A stretch of DNA of 64,000 nt, taken from contig CBDCDS010000003.1 of the NCBI GenBank assembly GCA_965215365.1, positions 768,001 through 832,000 on the forward strand, given 5' to 3'. The position numbers were made by a program, and so were the translations under genes. This document shows, piece after piece, positions 18,284 through 27,793 of this stretch (position 1 is the first letter of the stretch; every line of letters starts with the position of its first letter). The DNA comes from Gammaproteobacteria bacterium (lineage in GTDB: Bacteria; Pseudomonadota; Gammaproteobacteria; Eutrophobiales; Eutrophobiaceae). The notes beneath the pieces are model-generated. The model saw only the letters and a program-made list of their open reading frames with translations, did no database searches and was not told the origin of the DNA.

Positions 18284-19517
18284 TGCGCGCCAGTAGCCGT
18301 TGCAATGGCAGTTCAATCCGGGTGCGCAAGCCGCCACCCGGCAGGTTGGTAAACGCCAGGCCCCCGCCCAGCCGTTTCAGCGTAGTCTGGGCCAGGAACA
18401 GGCCGATGCCCTGACCGGATGATGTGCTCTCCAGTATCCTGTTGCCGAGTTCAGCCTGATACGCCTCCGGGATGCCTTGCCCGTCGTCGATGACGCCAAT
18501 CGTCAGGCGCTCGGCAGTCCAGTTCCCGGTCAACTGAATGTGCGCCCGGGACGCGTCGGCCGCATTGTTGAGGATATTGGTGATGGCCTGTCTCAGGGAC
18601 TTGTCCGCAATGATCAACGGCGCCGGTTGCTGACCCTGGCAGTCGATGTCAACAGGAATATCGCCGCGAGCCTGTTGCCATTGTGCAAACAGGTCCAGCA
18701 GAAATTCCTCGACAGAGACGATATAGCCGGAGTCGGCCTGCAACTGCCCGGCATCGGAGGCCATTTCCGCCAGGATAGTCTTGCACCGGCCCAACTGTTC
18801 CCGCATAAGTTCCAGATCTTTGTGCAGGCGCGGTTGGTCGGCATATTGTTCCTGCAGCGCCTGCGCCAGCACCGCCATAGTCGATAGCGGCGTGCCCAAT
18901 TCATGCGCGGTACCCGCAGCCAGCGCGCCCAGGGTCACAACCTGCTCGGCACGCAACGCCTCTTCCCGCGCCGCGGCCAAGGCGCGATCCCGTTGCCGCA
19001 GCGCCGCGGCGATACGGGAAACAAAAAATGTCACCAGCCCGGCGCTCAGGATAAACCCGTACCACATGCCCCACACATGTAACTGCGCCCCATGCTGACC
19101 CATAGCCTGCTCGGCCACCGGCACGTGAAAGAACATCAGCAGGGTATATCCGCAGGCCGCGGCCAGGGCGATCAGGGCGGCCAACGCCGGGCGAATGCTG
19201 GCGGCGGCAAAGATAACCGGCAGGATGAACAGGAAGATAAACGGGTTGGCGGAACCGCCGGTGAAATAAACCAGCAGGGTCAATGCCACCACATCCACCA
19301 GCAACTGTCCCAGGAACACCCAATCGGACAGTTCGGCGCGCGCCCGCAAGCGCAGCCAGGATGCCAGAGTAAACAGGGCCAGGGCGACGATGACCCACAG
19401 CGCCGGCGCGGCCGGCAGGTCAATGGCAAAGACCCGTTGCAGGAACAGCAAGGCCAGCACCTGCCCGCCCATGGCAATAAAGCGGACCAGCAACAGGTAT
19501 TTCAGGTTGTTGAGCAT
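18273..19517 (-). CDS. regB: RegB/PrrB family sensor histidine kinase
   Basis: TGG..NPF quinone motif, HELGTPL.T H-box, N and G boxes. Confidence 0.92.
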   Translation of the reverse strand: MLNNLKYLLLVRFIAMGGQVLALLFLQRVFAIDLPAAPALWVIVALALFTLASWLRLRARAELSDWVFLGQLLVDVVALTLLVYFTGGSANPFIFLFILPVIFAAASIRPALAALIALAAACGYTLLMFFHVPVAEQAMGQHGAQLHVWGMWYGFILSAGLVTFFVSRIAAALRQRDRALAAAREEALRAEQVVTLGALAAGTAHELGTPLSTMAVLAQALQEQYADQPRLHKDLELMREQLGRCKTILAEMASDAGQLQADSGYIVSVEEFLLDLFAQWQQARGDIPVDIDCQGQQPAPLIIADKSLRQAITNILNNAADASRAHIQLTGNWTAERLTIGVIDDGQGIPEAYQAELGNRILESTSSGQGIGLFLAQTTLKRLGGGLAFTNLPGGGLRTRIELPLQRLLARNAG

Positions 19518-19540
19518 GGTGATATTGCATATTACCCTAG

Positions 19541-19858
19541 CCCGCATATCTCACCAAGTCGCTTGTTGCCTTATGAAACATGATTACTCTCAACAAGTTA
19601 TGATAATACTGCTGTTCTTTCCACCTAACCCACTGCGCTTGATGCGCCCTCGCGGGTCTTGGTTCTGCCTGCGGGCACGTGCTTGTTCAACCATAGCTAC
19701 CGCTATGGTTTCGGGCGCAGGCACCCGCAGGCAGAACCAAGACCCGCGAGGGCGCATCAAGCGCAGTGGGTTATGCGGAAAGAGCAGCAGTATGATCATC
19801 ACTTATTGAGAGCAAAAATGTTCCACAATGCAACAAGCGACTGGGTGAGATATGCGGG
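19541..19858. repeat. 318-bp near-fully palindromic variant of the MITE family
   Basis: Left arm of the 238-bp unit repeated in inverted orientation around the central hairpin; flanks CTAG / TTAG. Confidence 0.9.
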
Positions 19859-20601
19859 TTAGCGCCGGCCTGATCATCATCGGCAATGAAATCCTGTCCG
19901 GCCGCACCCAGGATGCCAACCTGGCCCTCATCGGCGGGAAATGCGATGCCCTAGGTATCCGGCTGACCGAGGCGCGGGTTATTGCAGACACCGAAACGGC
20001 TATTGTCGAGGCGGTCAATACCTGCCGCGCGCGGTTTACCTACGTGTTCACCACCGGCGGCATCGGGCCCACCCATGACGATATCACCGCCGCGGCCGTG
20101 GCCAGCGCCTTCAACGTGGAACTGTTGCGTAATGAAGACGCGCGCCAAGCACTGGATCGCTACTACGAACCCAAACGCCTGACCGAGGCCCGGCTGAAAA
20201 TGGCGGATATCCCGGCCGGTGCCCGCCTGATCGACAACCCCGTCAGCGGCGCGCCGGGGTTTCAACTGGAGAACGTGTTTGTGCTGCCCGGCGTGCCGGC
20301 CATTATGGAAGCCATGTTCGACGGACTGACCGACCGGCTCGTGGGCGGCGACCCCATCATCACGGACAACGTCACCACCAACCTGCCGGAAAGCGAGCTC
20401 GCCGCCGACCTGGGTGCATTGCAGGAACAATATCCCGATATCATTATGGGCAGTTATCCCTACTTCAGAAAAGGCAAGCTGGGGGTGAACCTGGTGCTGC
20501 GCGGCACCGATGCGGCGCGCCTGAAGGCGGCGGCGGCGGCGCTGGTGGCGGCAATTTTACGCTTGGGCGGCGAGGCGCGGCACAACCGCCCTGCGCTATG
20601 A
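19852..20601 (+). CDS. CinA-like / molybdopterin-binding domain protein
   Basis: IIGNEILSGRTQDAN, TTGGIGPTHDDIT, LPGVP; the ATG lies in the MITE TIR. Confidence 0.88.
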   Translation: MRVSAGLIIIGNEILSGRTQDANLALIGGKCDALGIRLTEARVIADTETAIVEAVNTCRARFTYVFTTGGIGPTHDDITAAAVASAFNVELLRNEDARQALDRYYEPKRLTEARLKMADIPAGARLIDNPVSGAPGFQLENVFVLPGVPAIMEAMFDGLTDRLVGGDPIITDNVTTNLPESELAADLGALQEQYPDIIMGSYPYFRKGKLGVNLVLRGTDAARLKAAAAALVAAILRLGGEARHNRPAL

Positions 20602-20605
20602 GGAT

Positions 20606-21316
20606 ATGAAAGTCGACACCGGCATCCGCGCCCAACGCTCCGCCTGGTCGTTCGACGGCGCGGTGGCGGCAGCGTTTCCCGACCATGCCAGGCGTTCCAT
20701 TCCCTATTACGCAGACGGGCACGAGCTCATCTGTTACCTGAGTGACTTCTTCGTGGCGCCGGACAGTACCGTATATGATCTGGGCTGTGCCACCGGCCTC
20801 CTGCTGCAACAACTGGCAAGGCGCCATGCACACAAACCCGGCGTGCGCTGGGTCGGGCTGGACCGGGAACAGGCCATGATTGAACAGGCCGCCAACACCT
20901 GCGCCGGGCTGGACAATGTGGAGTTACGTTGTGAGGACATCGGCGCCGGCGAGCTCGGGCAGACCGACATGATCATCGCCTATTACACCATACAGTTCAT
21001 CGAGGAACGACAGCGCCAGGCGCTGTTCGACAAAATCCACCAGGCCTTGAACTGGGGTGGCGCGTTCGTCCTGTTCGAGAAGGTCGGCGCGCCGGACTCC
21101 CGTTTTCAGGACATGATGTCCTGCCTGTACCGGGAGTTCAAACAGCGCAACGGCTTCAGCGCCGAGGAAATACTGAACAAGGAGTTAAGCTTAAAAGGTG
21201 TGCTCAAACCCTTCTCCAGCGCCGGCAACTCAGGCCTGCTGCACCGGGCCGGTTTCACCGACGTGATGACGGTGATGAAATACGTCAGCTTCGAGGGCTT
21301 CCTGGCGATTAAATAG
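20606..21316 (+). CDS. CmoA-like SAM-dependent methyltransferase / carboxy-SAM synthase
   Basis: W.F...VA..F..H..RSIP.Y, YDLGC.TG, YTIQF, FEKV, K..SL.GV. Confidence 0.75.
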   Translation: MKVDTGIRAQRSAWSFDGAVAAAFPDHARRSIPYYADGHELICYLSDFFVAPDSTVYDLGCATGLLLQQLARRHAHKPGVRWVGLDREQAMIEQAANTCAGLDNVELRCEDIGAGELGQTDMIIAYYTIQFIEERQRQALFDKIHQALNWGGAFVLFEKVGAPDSRFQDMMSCLYREFKQRNGFSAEEILNKELSLKGVLKPFSSAGNSGLLHRAGFTDVMTVMKYVSFEGFLAIK

Positions 21317-21362
21317 GCCAGCGCCGGCAACCGGCTTTGTCAGCAACAGCTTTGCGCGGTCG

Positions 21363-21545
21363 TTATTGAGCCTTGCTGGTAACGAACGACTGAAACAGAT
21401 CTTTAAGCATACCCATGGAACCTTCCAGGTGAGCTATCCTCTCTTTTAACCCGGCGATGTCCTTGTGCACCGACCAGATCATGGCGGCCAGCGCGCATTG
21501 CGTAGTGATGATGGTTAAAACAATGGTGATCAACTCGTAATTCAC
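21363..21545 (-). CDS. Small membrane-anchored coiled-coil protein
   Basis: Strong RBS AGGAGG; N-terminal TM helix followed by LKERIAHLEG. Confidence 0.6.
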   Translation of the reverse strand: MNYELITIVLTIITTQCALAAMIWSVHKDIAGLKERIAHLEGSMGMLKDLFQSFVTSKAQ

Positions 21546-21692
21546 TTTAATCCCTCCTTATCAGATAAATTGATACTGGAAAGCGCATGATAAACACTAT
21601 TGCCAACCAACGCAAGCAGAATTTTCCAATATGAAATGGGTAACTACTCGCCCCCTCCCTCTAATTCTACTGAATTTTTTGTCAAGGCGTCC

Positions 21693-21721
21693 TTGACAAC
21701 ATAGCGTCATGGCGTTATGTT
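21693..21721 (+). promoter_or_regulatory. sigma70 promoter inside the IS66 left end, probably leaderless
   Basis: TTGACA-N17-TATGTT with ATG 7 nt downstream (21729); palindrome TTGTCAAGG-cgt-CCTTGACAA overlaps the -35. Confidence 0.65.
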
Positions 21722-21728
21722 GGTCGTC

Positions 21729-22409
21729 ATGGGGAATGCGTACCGAGGGTCGAAAGCCACGACGGGTCTGTGCCAGCCGCTCATTGCGATGATGCCGCCG
21801 CACAGTGTGTACATTGAGACACACTTAGGCGGCGGGGCGATTATGCAGCGCAAGCCGGCGGCGTTGCGCAACATTGGGATTGATCTTGATGTGCGGGCGT
21901 TGGCGGGGTTTACGTGTAGGTATCCGGTGGAGTTGGTGCAGGGGTGTTGTCACCGCTGGTTGGCGACTTTTCCGTTTGACGGCACGGAGTTGGTGTACAG
22001 CGACCCGCCCTACCTGCACAGCACGCGCAAGTCACGGCACCGTTACCGGTATGACTACGAGGACTCAGACCATGAGGCGCTGCTGGCGTTACTGCAGGGG
22101 CTGCCCTGTGCGGTGATGGTGTCGGGGTATCCTTCGGCCTTGTATGATGAGGTGCTGGCGGGCTGGCGCAGTGTGTCCTTGCAGGTGATGAATCAGGGCG
22201 GGGTGGTGACCGAGCGGGTCTGGTTCAATTTTGTGCCGGACCGGGTGCACTGGGTGCGCTATGCGGGGCGCAACTTCACGCACCGCCAGCAGGTCAAGCG
22301 CAAGGCTGAGAACTGGGGGCGGCGTTATCGTGACTTGCCCCCGGCCGAGCGGCTGGCGGTGCTGGCGGCGATGATGGCGGTGGAGGCACAGTGCACATGG
22401 CCACGGTGA
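21729..22409 (+). CDS. Compact Dam/D12-like N6-adenine DNA methyltransferase
   Basis: Y.GSK (motif X), YIETHLGGGA (motif I), GIDLD, YSDPPY (motif IV), MVSGY...LY. Confidence 0.85.
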   Translation: MGNAYRGSKATTGLCQPLIAMMPPHSVYIETHLGGGAIMQRKPAALRNIGIDLDVRALAGFTCRYPVELVQGCCHRWLATFPFDGTELVYSDPPYLHSTRKSRHRYRYDYEDSDHEALLALLQGLPCAVMVSGYPSALYDEVLAGWRSVSLQVMNQGGVVTERVWFNFVPDRVHWVRYAGRNFTHRQQVKRKAENWGRRYRDLPPAERLAVLAAMMAVEAQCTWPR

Positions 22410-23953
22410 ACAAGGCCTCATTGCGTGCGGAGTTCGAGGCCATCCGAATGCGTTTTAAGGCGTTGTGCGCCGACGGCGCGCTGAGTCCCGAAGGGCGTGC
22501 GCTGTTCGAGTCGATGTTGCTGCTATTCGAGTTGCTGCTGGCGGTGTTCTTAGAGAAGACCACACCGAAGGGGGCGCACAACTCCAGCCTGCCCAGTTCC
22601 CGCACCGACCCCGATGACAGTGCGCGCACACGGCCCGGCAAGCAGGGCAAGGGGCCGCAGACCGGGACGGTGCCCAGCGCGTCCCGGCGCGTGGTGGCTC
22701 AGACCCGCACGGTGCCCGTGACCGGCTGCCGGGCCTGCGGGCATGATCTCAAAGGCACCGCCCCCACCGGCCATGTGCGACGAGTCAAGGTCGATATAGT
22801 CTTCGAGACGACCGAGTTGACCATTGACGCCGAGATAAAAACCTGTCCGCGCTGTGGCACTGAGACCCACGGGGCGTTTCCCGATGACATGCCGGGGCCT
22901 TTACAATACGGCCCTGGCATCGTGGCTTTCGCCACGCACCTGTTAACGGCCCAAATGCTCTCGCTCAAACGTACGGCGCAGACACTTCATGCACTGACCG
23001 GGCGCGCCGTCGCCGAGGCGACCTTACTGGCCTGGCTCACGCGGGTGCATGAGGCCCTGGCCGGGTGGGAGCGGGCGGCTATCGCCCGCCTGCTCACAGA
23101 GCCCGTGCTGCACGCCGATGAGACCTCCTTGCGCATCGACCGCACACAACACTGGCTGCACAGCACCAGTGCCGGGAACCTGGTACTGAAACACTGCCAC
23201 CGCAAGCGGGGCGGGGACGCCCTCAAGGACATCGGCATCGTCCCCCGCTACGGCGGTGTTCTCGTGCACGACCGCTGGGCCAGCTACTTCGCCTATGACA
23301 ACTGCGAGCATGCCCTGTGCGGCAGTCACCTGTTGCGTAACTTGGCCTTTATCGAGGACGCCCACGGCCATGCCTGGGCCCAACGTATGAGCCGCCTCCT
23401 GCTCAAGACCTGCCGACAGGTGCGCACACATAAAAACAAGGCACTCAGCGAGACCGACTACCAGTCCCTGCGCACCCGCTACCGGACTATCCTGACACAA
23501 GCCAAACGGGAACTCCCCACACCCCCGAAACGGCTCACCGGCCAACGCGGACGGATTGCCCAATGTGAGGCACAAAACCTCCATGATGCCCTCGTCAAGT
23601 ACGAAACCGAAGTCCTCCGCTTCGCCCGCGACCCCAACGTGCCGTTCACCAACAACCGCGCCGAACGCGATATCCGTATGGCTAAAGTCAAACAAAAAGT
23701 CTCCGGCTGCTTCCGAACCACCGCCTACGCCGACACCTACTGCCGCATCTCCAGCTACTTGCAGTCTATGACCCTGAAGGGCTACAATCCCCTCGCCGCC
23801 ATCGAGATAGCACTCAAGGGAGACGCCGCCACCATGGTGGAAAAACCGCTCAAAAATAAAACGGTTAAGAAAAACCAGATCAGAACAAGAGATCAGGGTA
23901 AGGGGGCGAGTAGTTACCTTTTTTTGATAGTATATTCGTATGATGATGATTAA
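22397..23953 (+). CDS. IS66-family transposase (TnpC)
   Basis: NSSLPSS, CxxC...CxxC zinc finger, LHADET, VHDRW, C.SHLLR, FTNN.AER.IR..KVKQK.SG.FR. Confidence 0.93.
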   Translation: MATVNKASLRAEFEAIRMRFKALCADGALSPEGRALFESMLLLFELLLAVFLEKTTPKGAHNSSLPSSRTDPDDSARTRPGKQGKGPQTGTVPSASRRVVAQTRTVPVTGCRACGHDLKGTAPTGHVRRVKVDIVFETTELTIDAEIKTCPRCGTETHGAFPDDMPGPLQYGPGIVAFATHLLTAQMLSLKRTAQTLHALTGRAVAEATLLAWLTRVHEALAGWERAAIARLLTEPVLHADETSLRIDRTQHWLHSTSAGNLVLKHCHRKRGGDALKDIGIVPRYGGVLVHDRWASYFAYDNCEHALCGSHLLRNLAFIEDAHGHAWAQRMSRLLLKTCRQVRTHKNKALSETDYQSLRTRYRTILTQAKRELPTPPKRLTGQRGRIAQCEAQNLHDALVKYETEVLRFARDPNVPFTNNRAERDIRMAKVKQKVSGCFRTTAYADTYCRISSYLQSMTLKGYNPLAAIEIALKGDAATMVEKPLKNKTVKKNQIRTRDQGKGASSYLFLIVYSYDDD

Positions 23954-24539
23954 CCCAAATTGTACTTTCAATTCTCTGGTCTGTGCCGTGGTTATCGTTG
24001 GGTTGTCCGTGATAGCAACGAATGCATGTACGCAACAGGAAAAGATTGACCAACTCCTCCAATCTGCAGAACAGGCTGCAGAACAGGGTGATGCCGATGC
24101 ACAGTTCACTCTTGGCGTGATGTATAGGCAGGGTGAAGGCGTACCTCAAGACCCTACAGAGGCAGTGAAGTGGTATCGTCTGGCGGCGGAGCAGGGTGAT
24201 GCCGGTGCACAGTTCAATCTTGGCGTGATGTATGAGCAGGGTAAAGGCGTACCTCAAGACCCTACAGAGGCAGTGAAGTGGTATCGTCTGGCGGCGGAGC
24301 AGGGTTATGCCGGTGCACAGTTCAATCTTGGCTTGGTATATCGTTTAGGACAAGGTGTGACACAAGATTATGTTGAATCCCACAAATGGCACAATCTCGC
24401 CGCCTCGCGCTCAACAGGTGACTTGCATGAGCGAGCGTCTGAAGCACGCGAGAGTGTTGCCCAACTAATGACTCCGACCCAAATCGCCGAAGCTCAGCGT
24501 CTCGCTGGAGAGTGGGCAAAAACACATGAAGATAATTGA
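23940..24539 (+). CDS. Secreted Sel1-like repeat protein
   Basis: Signal peptide; AAEQG.A.AQF.LG.MY..G.GV.QD..EA.KWY repeats; near-identical 108-nt DNA repeats. Confidence 0.92.
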   Translation: MMMINPNCTFNSLVCAVVIVGLSVIATNACTQQEKIDQLLQSAEQAAEQGDADAQFTLGVMYRQGEGVPQDPTEAVKWYRLAAEQGDAGAQFNLGVMYEQGKGVPQDPTEAVKWYRLAAEQGYAGAQFNLGLVYRLGQGVTQDYVESHKWHNLAASRSTGDLHERASEARESVAQLMTPTQIAEAQRLAGEWAKTHEDN

Positions 24540-24644
24540 AAAGGCTGCTCGGATCTTATGACGGAACCTATCTGAACTACCACTCTGGAATACGCAGTCA
24601 ACATGCAGTCTCATAGTTCTCCTCGCTTGCTCCGGTCAAACCCA

Positions 24645-25028
24645 CTACGACGATGGCCTGAAACGTTTGACGTGCAGCCCGTCAATAAAACGGAAATCCT
24701 TGTAATTGGCGGTGTACAGGGTTTCCTGATGATGGAGTGCTGTTGCTGCAATAAACGCATCACCCAGACTGAGGTTATTACTGAGTGCATACTGCCGGAT
24801 TAAAACGTCGGCAGTGACGCTTATTTCATTGGAGCAGTGGATAACTTGACATCTTGCCGTCCGTAAGAAGCTCTCCAGGTCAGCGAGTTCCTTTTTGTCC
24901 CGGCAACCCTGTACAAGTTCCATACGCGAAACTACTGAGATTCTCAGATCCTTCTCTGCAAGAATAGTGTCCTGCGCTTTTTCGTCGCCTCTTTCTGCGA
25001 AAATAAAAATATCCGTATCAAATATCAT
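24645..25028 (-). CDS. vapC: VapC/PIN toxin
   Basis: MIFDTDIFI, S.V..MEL..G, D..IAATAL, L.T.N.KDF. Confidence 0.9.
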   Translation of the reverse strand: MIFDTDIFIFAERGDEKAQDTILAEKDLRISVVSRMELVQGCRDKKELADLESFLRTARCQVIHCSNEISVTADVLIRQYALSNNLSLGDAFIAATALHHQETLYTANYKDFRFIDGLHVKRFRPSS

Positions 25029-25270
25029 CTGATCCCGCGTCCTTTTCTTGCCTGTTTCAGTTGCTCTATTGCAGCATAAGGGTCATCTCCCCGCCTGCGA
25101 TTAAAATAGGCATTGACGACTCGTTGATCAAATTTATCATTCTTCATTCCGGCAGGATTGACGTGTCCGATGACTTTGCCGTGAAAGGTCAATTCGACAA
25201 CTTCTCCACGTTCGATAGCCTGACGTAGTTCATAAGTACCCGAGCGTAGGTTGGTGAGTGATAGTTGCAT
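25025..25270 (-). CDS. Phd/YefM-like antitoxin
   Basis: LR.....L..AIE.GE.V.LT.HGK.IG; ATGA overlap with vapC. Confidence 0.75.
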   Translation of the reverse strand: MQLSLTNLRSGTYELRQAIERGEVVELTFHGKVIGHVNPAGMKNDKFDQRVVNAYFNRRRGDDPYAAIEQLKQARKGRGIR

Positions 25271-25383
25271 ACTGCGCCGTCCTCCATCAAAGAGAGGTCA
25301 ATGGTAGCATAGTATACGTTTTATATTGTGTGTTTTCAAATACGACATCGCCGTTAAATACGGTATCCTCCTGCTTTAGTATG

Positions 25384-25513
25384 ACGGGAAACGCATGGCG
25401 AGAACTATCATGAGGCGCCTTGCTATTCTAAAAGCTGCCGGTTCACTGGCATTGGTGCCAACAACTCCCCCTGAGAGGAGGCACCAGCTGGGAAGTGATC
25501 GAAAGGGACAATA
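25384..25513 (+). pseudogene. 130-bp internal duplicate of higB (27864-27993)
   Basis: 5 mismatches in 130 nt by eye; no start context. Confidence 0.85.
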
Positions 25514-25615
25514 TCGGCCTGGGACTGAAGTTTCGGGGCGCGCCACGCCGGTCCGTTCCCCTCCGGCAACACCCGATCCAACGTGTCGCAAAGCGGTTAA
25601 GGCGCCTCTAAAAAC

Positions 25616-26806
25616 CTATCCGGCAACTATTGTCTCAATACCCTGTTGCCAGGGCATAACCTGAATGGGCCCGAGCGAATATTTGTGGGCAGCCTGACAC
25701 AGACATATTTGCTTTGCCGCCTCATTCTCCGCTGCAAACGCGCTGAGCCCCTTCAAATCAGACTCCCTTGGCGCCGGTTGGGATTTGATTTCAATCGCCA
25801 CAGGCGCATCCTGCAGGCCGCGCGTCAACACCAAATCGACCTCCATGCCGCTGTTGGTGCGCCAGTAATGGAAACGGTAACCCGCTTCGTTATAGTCATT
25901 GGCCCTGATTAACTCGTTCACAACAAACGTCTCAAACAGCCTTCCATAACGATAACTGCCGGGCCTTAATTCCGTCCGCAACTCTCCTCTGATGGCGTTC
26001 AGTACGCCGCAGTCAAAGAAGTAGTACTTCGGGCTTTGGCGCAACTGTTTGCGTACCGAACGGCTCCAGCCGTCAATGCGGAAAACAATCAGGGTATCGA
26101 CTAGGATGTCAAAATACTCCTGCGCGGTTTTCACGCTGACACCGCTGTCCCGGGCAATGGCTGAATAATTCACAGGTTCGCCGTTGACCTGCCCGGCCAA
26201 ATCCAGCAAGCGCATGAACTGAGCAACCTTGCGCACCAGTAATTCCTGCATGACCTCTTCCCTGAGATAGGTTTCCACATAGGCTTTCAGTGAGCGGCTG
26301 GCGGCAGCAAAACTTTCCTGGTAAAACCCTGGCAAAGTGCCAACAGTCAGCGCCTTGTGCAGGTCCGGCCCCACCTCCTGCACACTGAGCGGGTGTAACT
26401 TCAGCGTCCAGGCCCGCCCAGCCAGAAGATTGGCCCCGGAACGTTTCAACTTCCTGGCGCTGGAACCCGTTAACAGGAACTGGACCCTGCCTTGATGGCA
26501 CTCAATGAAGTAATGCACCTCATCCAGCAACGCCGGCATCTTCTGCACTTCGTCAACCAGCACCATCAACATGTCCGCAGCCGGAATATCCCGAAGCCGT
26601 TGCTCAAGCTCAAGGCGAAACAATCCAGGCTCAGCGCTATAACGCCTGCAGGTTTCCAAGCTTAACAAGTCAACACTCACAGCATACCGCGCCCGCCCCA
26701 ACCAACCCTGCGCCAACACAGTCTTGCCCACCCCCCTGGGCCCAAACAGAAAAGCCGACTTGTTATGCTTCAGCAGTTCGGCAAGATTCAGTTTCCTCTG
26801 GTACAT
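25616..26806 (-). CDS. AAA_14 ATPase with DUF4143 domain
   Basis: GPRGVGKT, LVDEVQK, LTGSSARKL, LLAGRA, PKYYFFDCG, YWRT..G.EVDLV, AIEIK. Confidence 0.9.
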   Translation of the reverse strand: MYQRKLNLAELLKHNKSAFLFGPRGVGKTVLAQGWLGRARYAVSVDLLSLETCRRYSAEPGLFRLELEQRLRDIPAADMLMVLVDEVQKMPALLDEVHYFIECHQGRVQFLLTGSSARKLKRSGANLLAGRAWTLKLHPLSVQEVGPDLHKALTVGTLPGFYQESFAAASRSLKAYVETYLREEVMQELLVRKVAQFMRLLDLAGQVNGEPVNYSAIARDSGVSVKTAQEYFDILVDTLIVFRIDGWSRSVRKQLRQSPKYYFFDCGVLNAIRGELRTELRPGSYRYGRLFETFVVNELIRANDYNEAGYRFHYWRTNSGMEVDLVLTRGLQDAPVAIEIKSQPAPRESDLKGLSAFAAENEAAKQICLCQAAHKYSLGPIQVMPWQQGIETIVAG

Positions 26807-26843
26807 ACTCCATTTTTATATTATAAATTTGGAGTATTGTCAA
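26805..26843 (-). promoter_or_regulatory. Promoter with an overlapping inverted-repeat operator for the AAA_14 gene
   Basis: TTGACA-N17-TATAAA, 8 nt to ATG; arms ATACTCCATTTTTATA / TATAAATTTGGAGTAT (14 of 16 complementary). Confidence 0.6.
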
Positions 26844-26916
26844 AATTTGTAATATCTTTGCGATTGGATTACTGGTACTGACACCAGAAGGATCACACGG
26901 GCTCGTTACTCACCCT

Positions 26917-27030
26917 AAAAAACGGCTCGATCTGCCTACCGAACTCTACACAATATTACAGATTTTGAGCCTGACCCTGTTTGAAAAAGTCTCATTGTAT
27001 CAACTACTTACCCAAAAAGAATATCAGATT
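26917..27030 (+). pseudogene. IS4-family transposase C-terminal remnant
   Basis: Translates KKRLDLPTELYTILQILSLTLFEKVSLYQLL, typical of IS4/DUF4372 transposase tails. Confidence 0.65.
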
Positions 27031-27180
27031 CCAGTAGATCGGTCTGCCGTCATGCCTCGATTTAAGCTGTTGCAGATACGCTCCTATAAGACCACATCCG
27101 ACAGCTATCAGTAGGCAAATAAAAATCCATGTTGCGGTGGTCATCTCAATGACATTTTTAGCTTGTTCTGCTTCCATTGT

Positions 27181-27430
27181 TCAACCCACAACATCATTCC
27201 AGTATCGTTTCAACTCGAACGGAACCTCGCCATCCTTCTCTACCAGAGATACGTACTCATTAACAAACCTGTCTGTATCAGCCACCAGCCGAAGGTAATA
27301 TTTGATAGTTGTGGCAACGCCATTTACGATTACCTGGCAGCCGTAGTTCTGACGAATAACAAGCAATAGCTTTGTGATTTCAGCCATCTCGCCTGACGGA
27401 ACGGTCTCGTTTGTACTGAGGACGTAATAG
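27181..27430 (-). pseudogene. C-terminal remnant of a restriction-system-associated protein
   Basis: YYVLST...GCQVIVNGV..TIKYYLRL resembles a type II REase-like family from memory only; no N-terminus. Confidence 0.35.
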
Positions 27431-27684
27431 GTCCTTAAACTGTTCCCGGTCAACGGCTTCGCGCCCCGCCTTGTACCCGGCGCACGTCGCCGAGGACGCA
27501 CAGCAAAATGCGCCGTCTCCTTCACGGTCTCACACGGTGCAGACCCAACCCCGCCGCGTGCACAGAGACCAGATAAGTTACACAGCAAGTAAAATGTCAA
27601 TAAGCAGCCGGGACGCATTTGCGGTGCTCAGGCTGGTTGGGGTTCATCTTCAAACGCGGCTCCGAAAGCCACCCTAATGTGGCC

Positions 27685-27712
27685 AAGCCGGTATGAATTT
27701 TCATACCGGCTT
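27685..27712. promoter_or_regulatory. 13-bp perfect inverted repeat upstream of higBA
   Basis: AAGCCGGTATGAA-tt-TTCATACCGGCTT. Confidence 0.5.
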
Positions 27713-27793
27713 TATTAAGCGCTGTTTTCACCTTGCAGGCAACCAATAAAATATGATAAAATATTACCTGTCCCGTAACGATAATACGTCATA

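Larger units (their letters stand above)
21640..23917 (+). mobile_element. IS66-family element carrying a passenger DNA methyltransferase
   Basis: TIRs GTAACTACTCGCCCC / GGGGCGAGTAGTTAC enclose two ORFs; no TSD seen. Confidence 0.88.

Noticed and set aside
21632-23925. 8-bp target-site duplication for the IS66 element
   Set aside because: Flanks TGAAATGG and CTTTTTTT do not match
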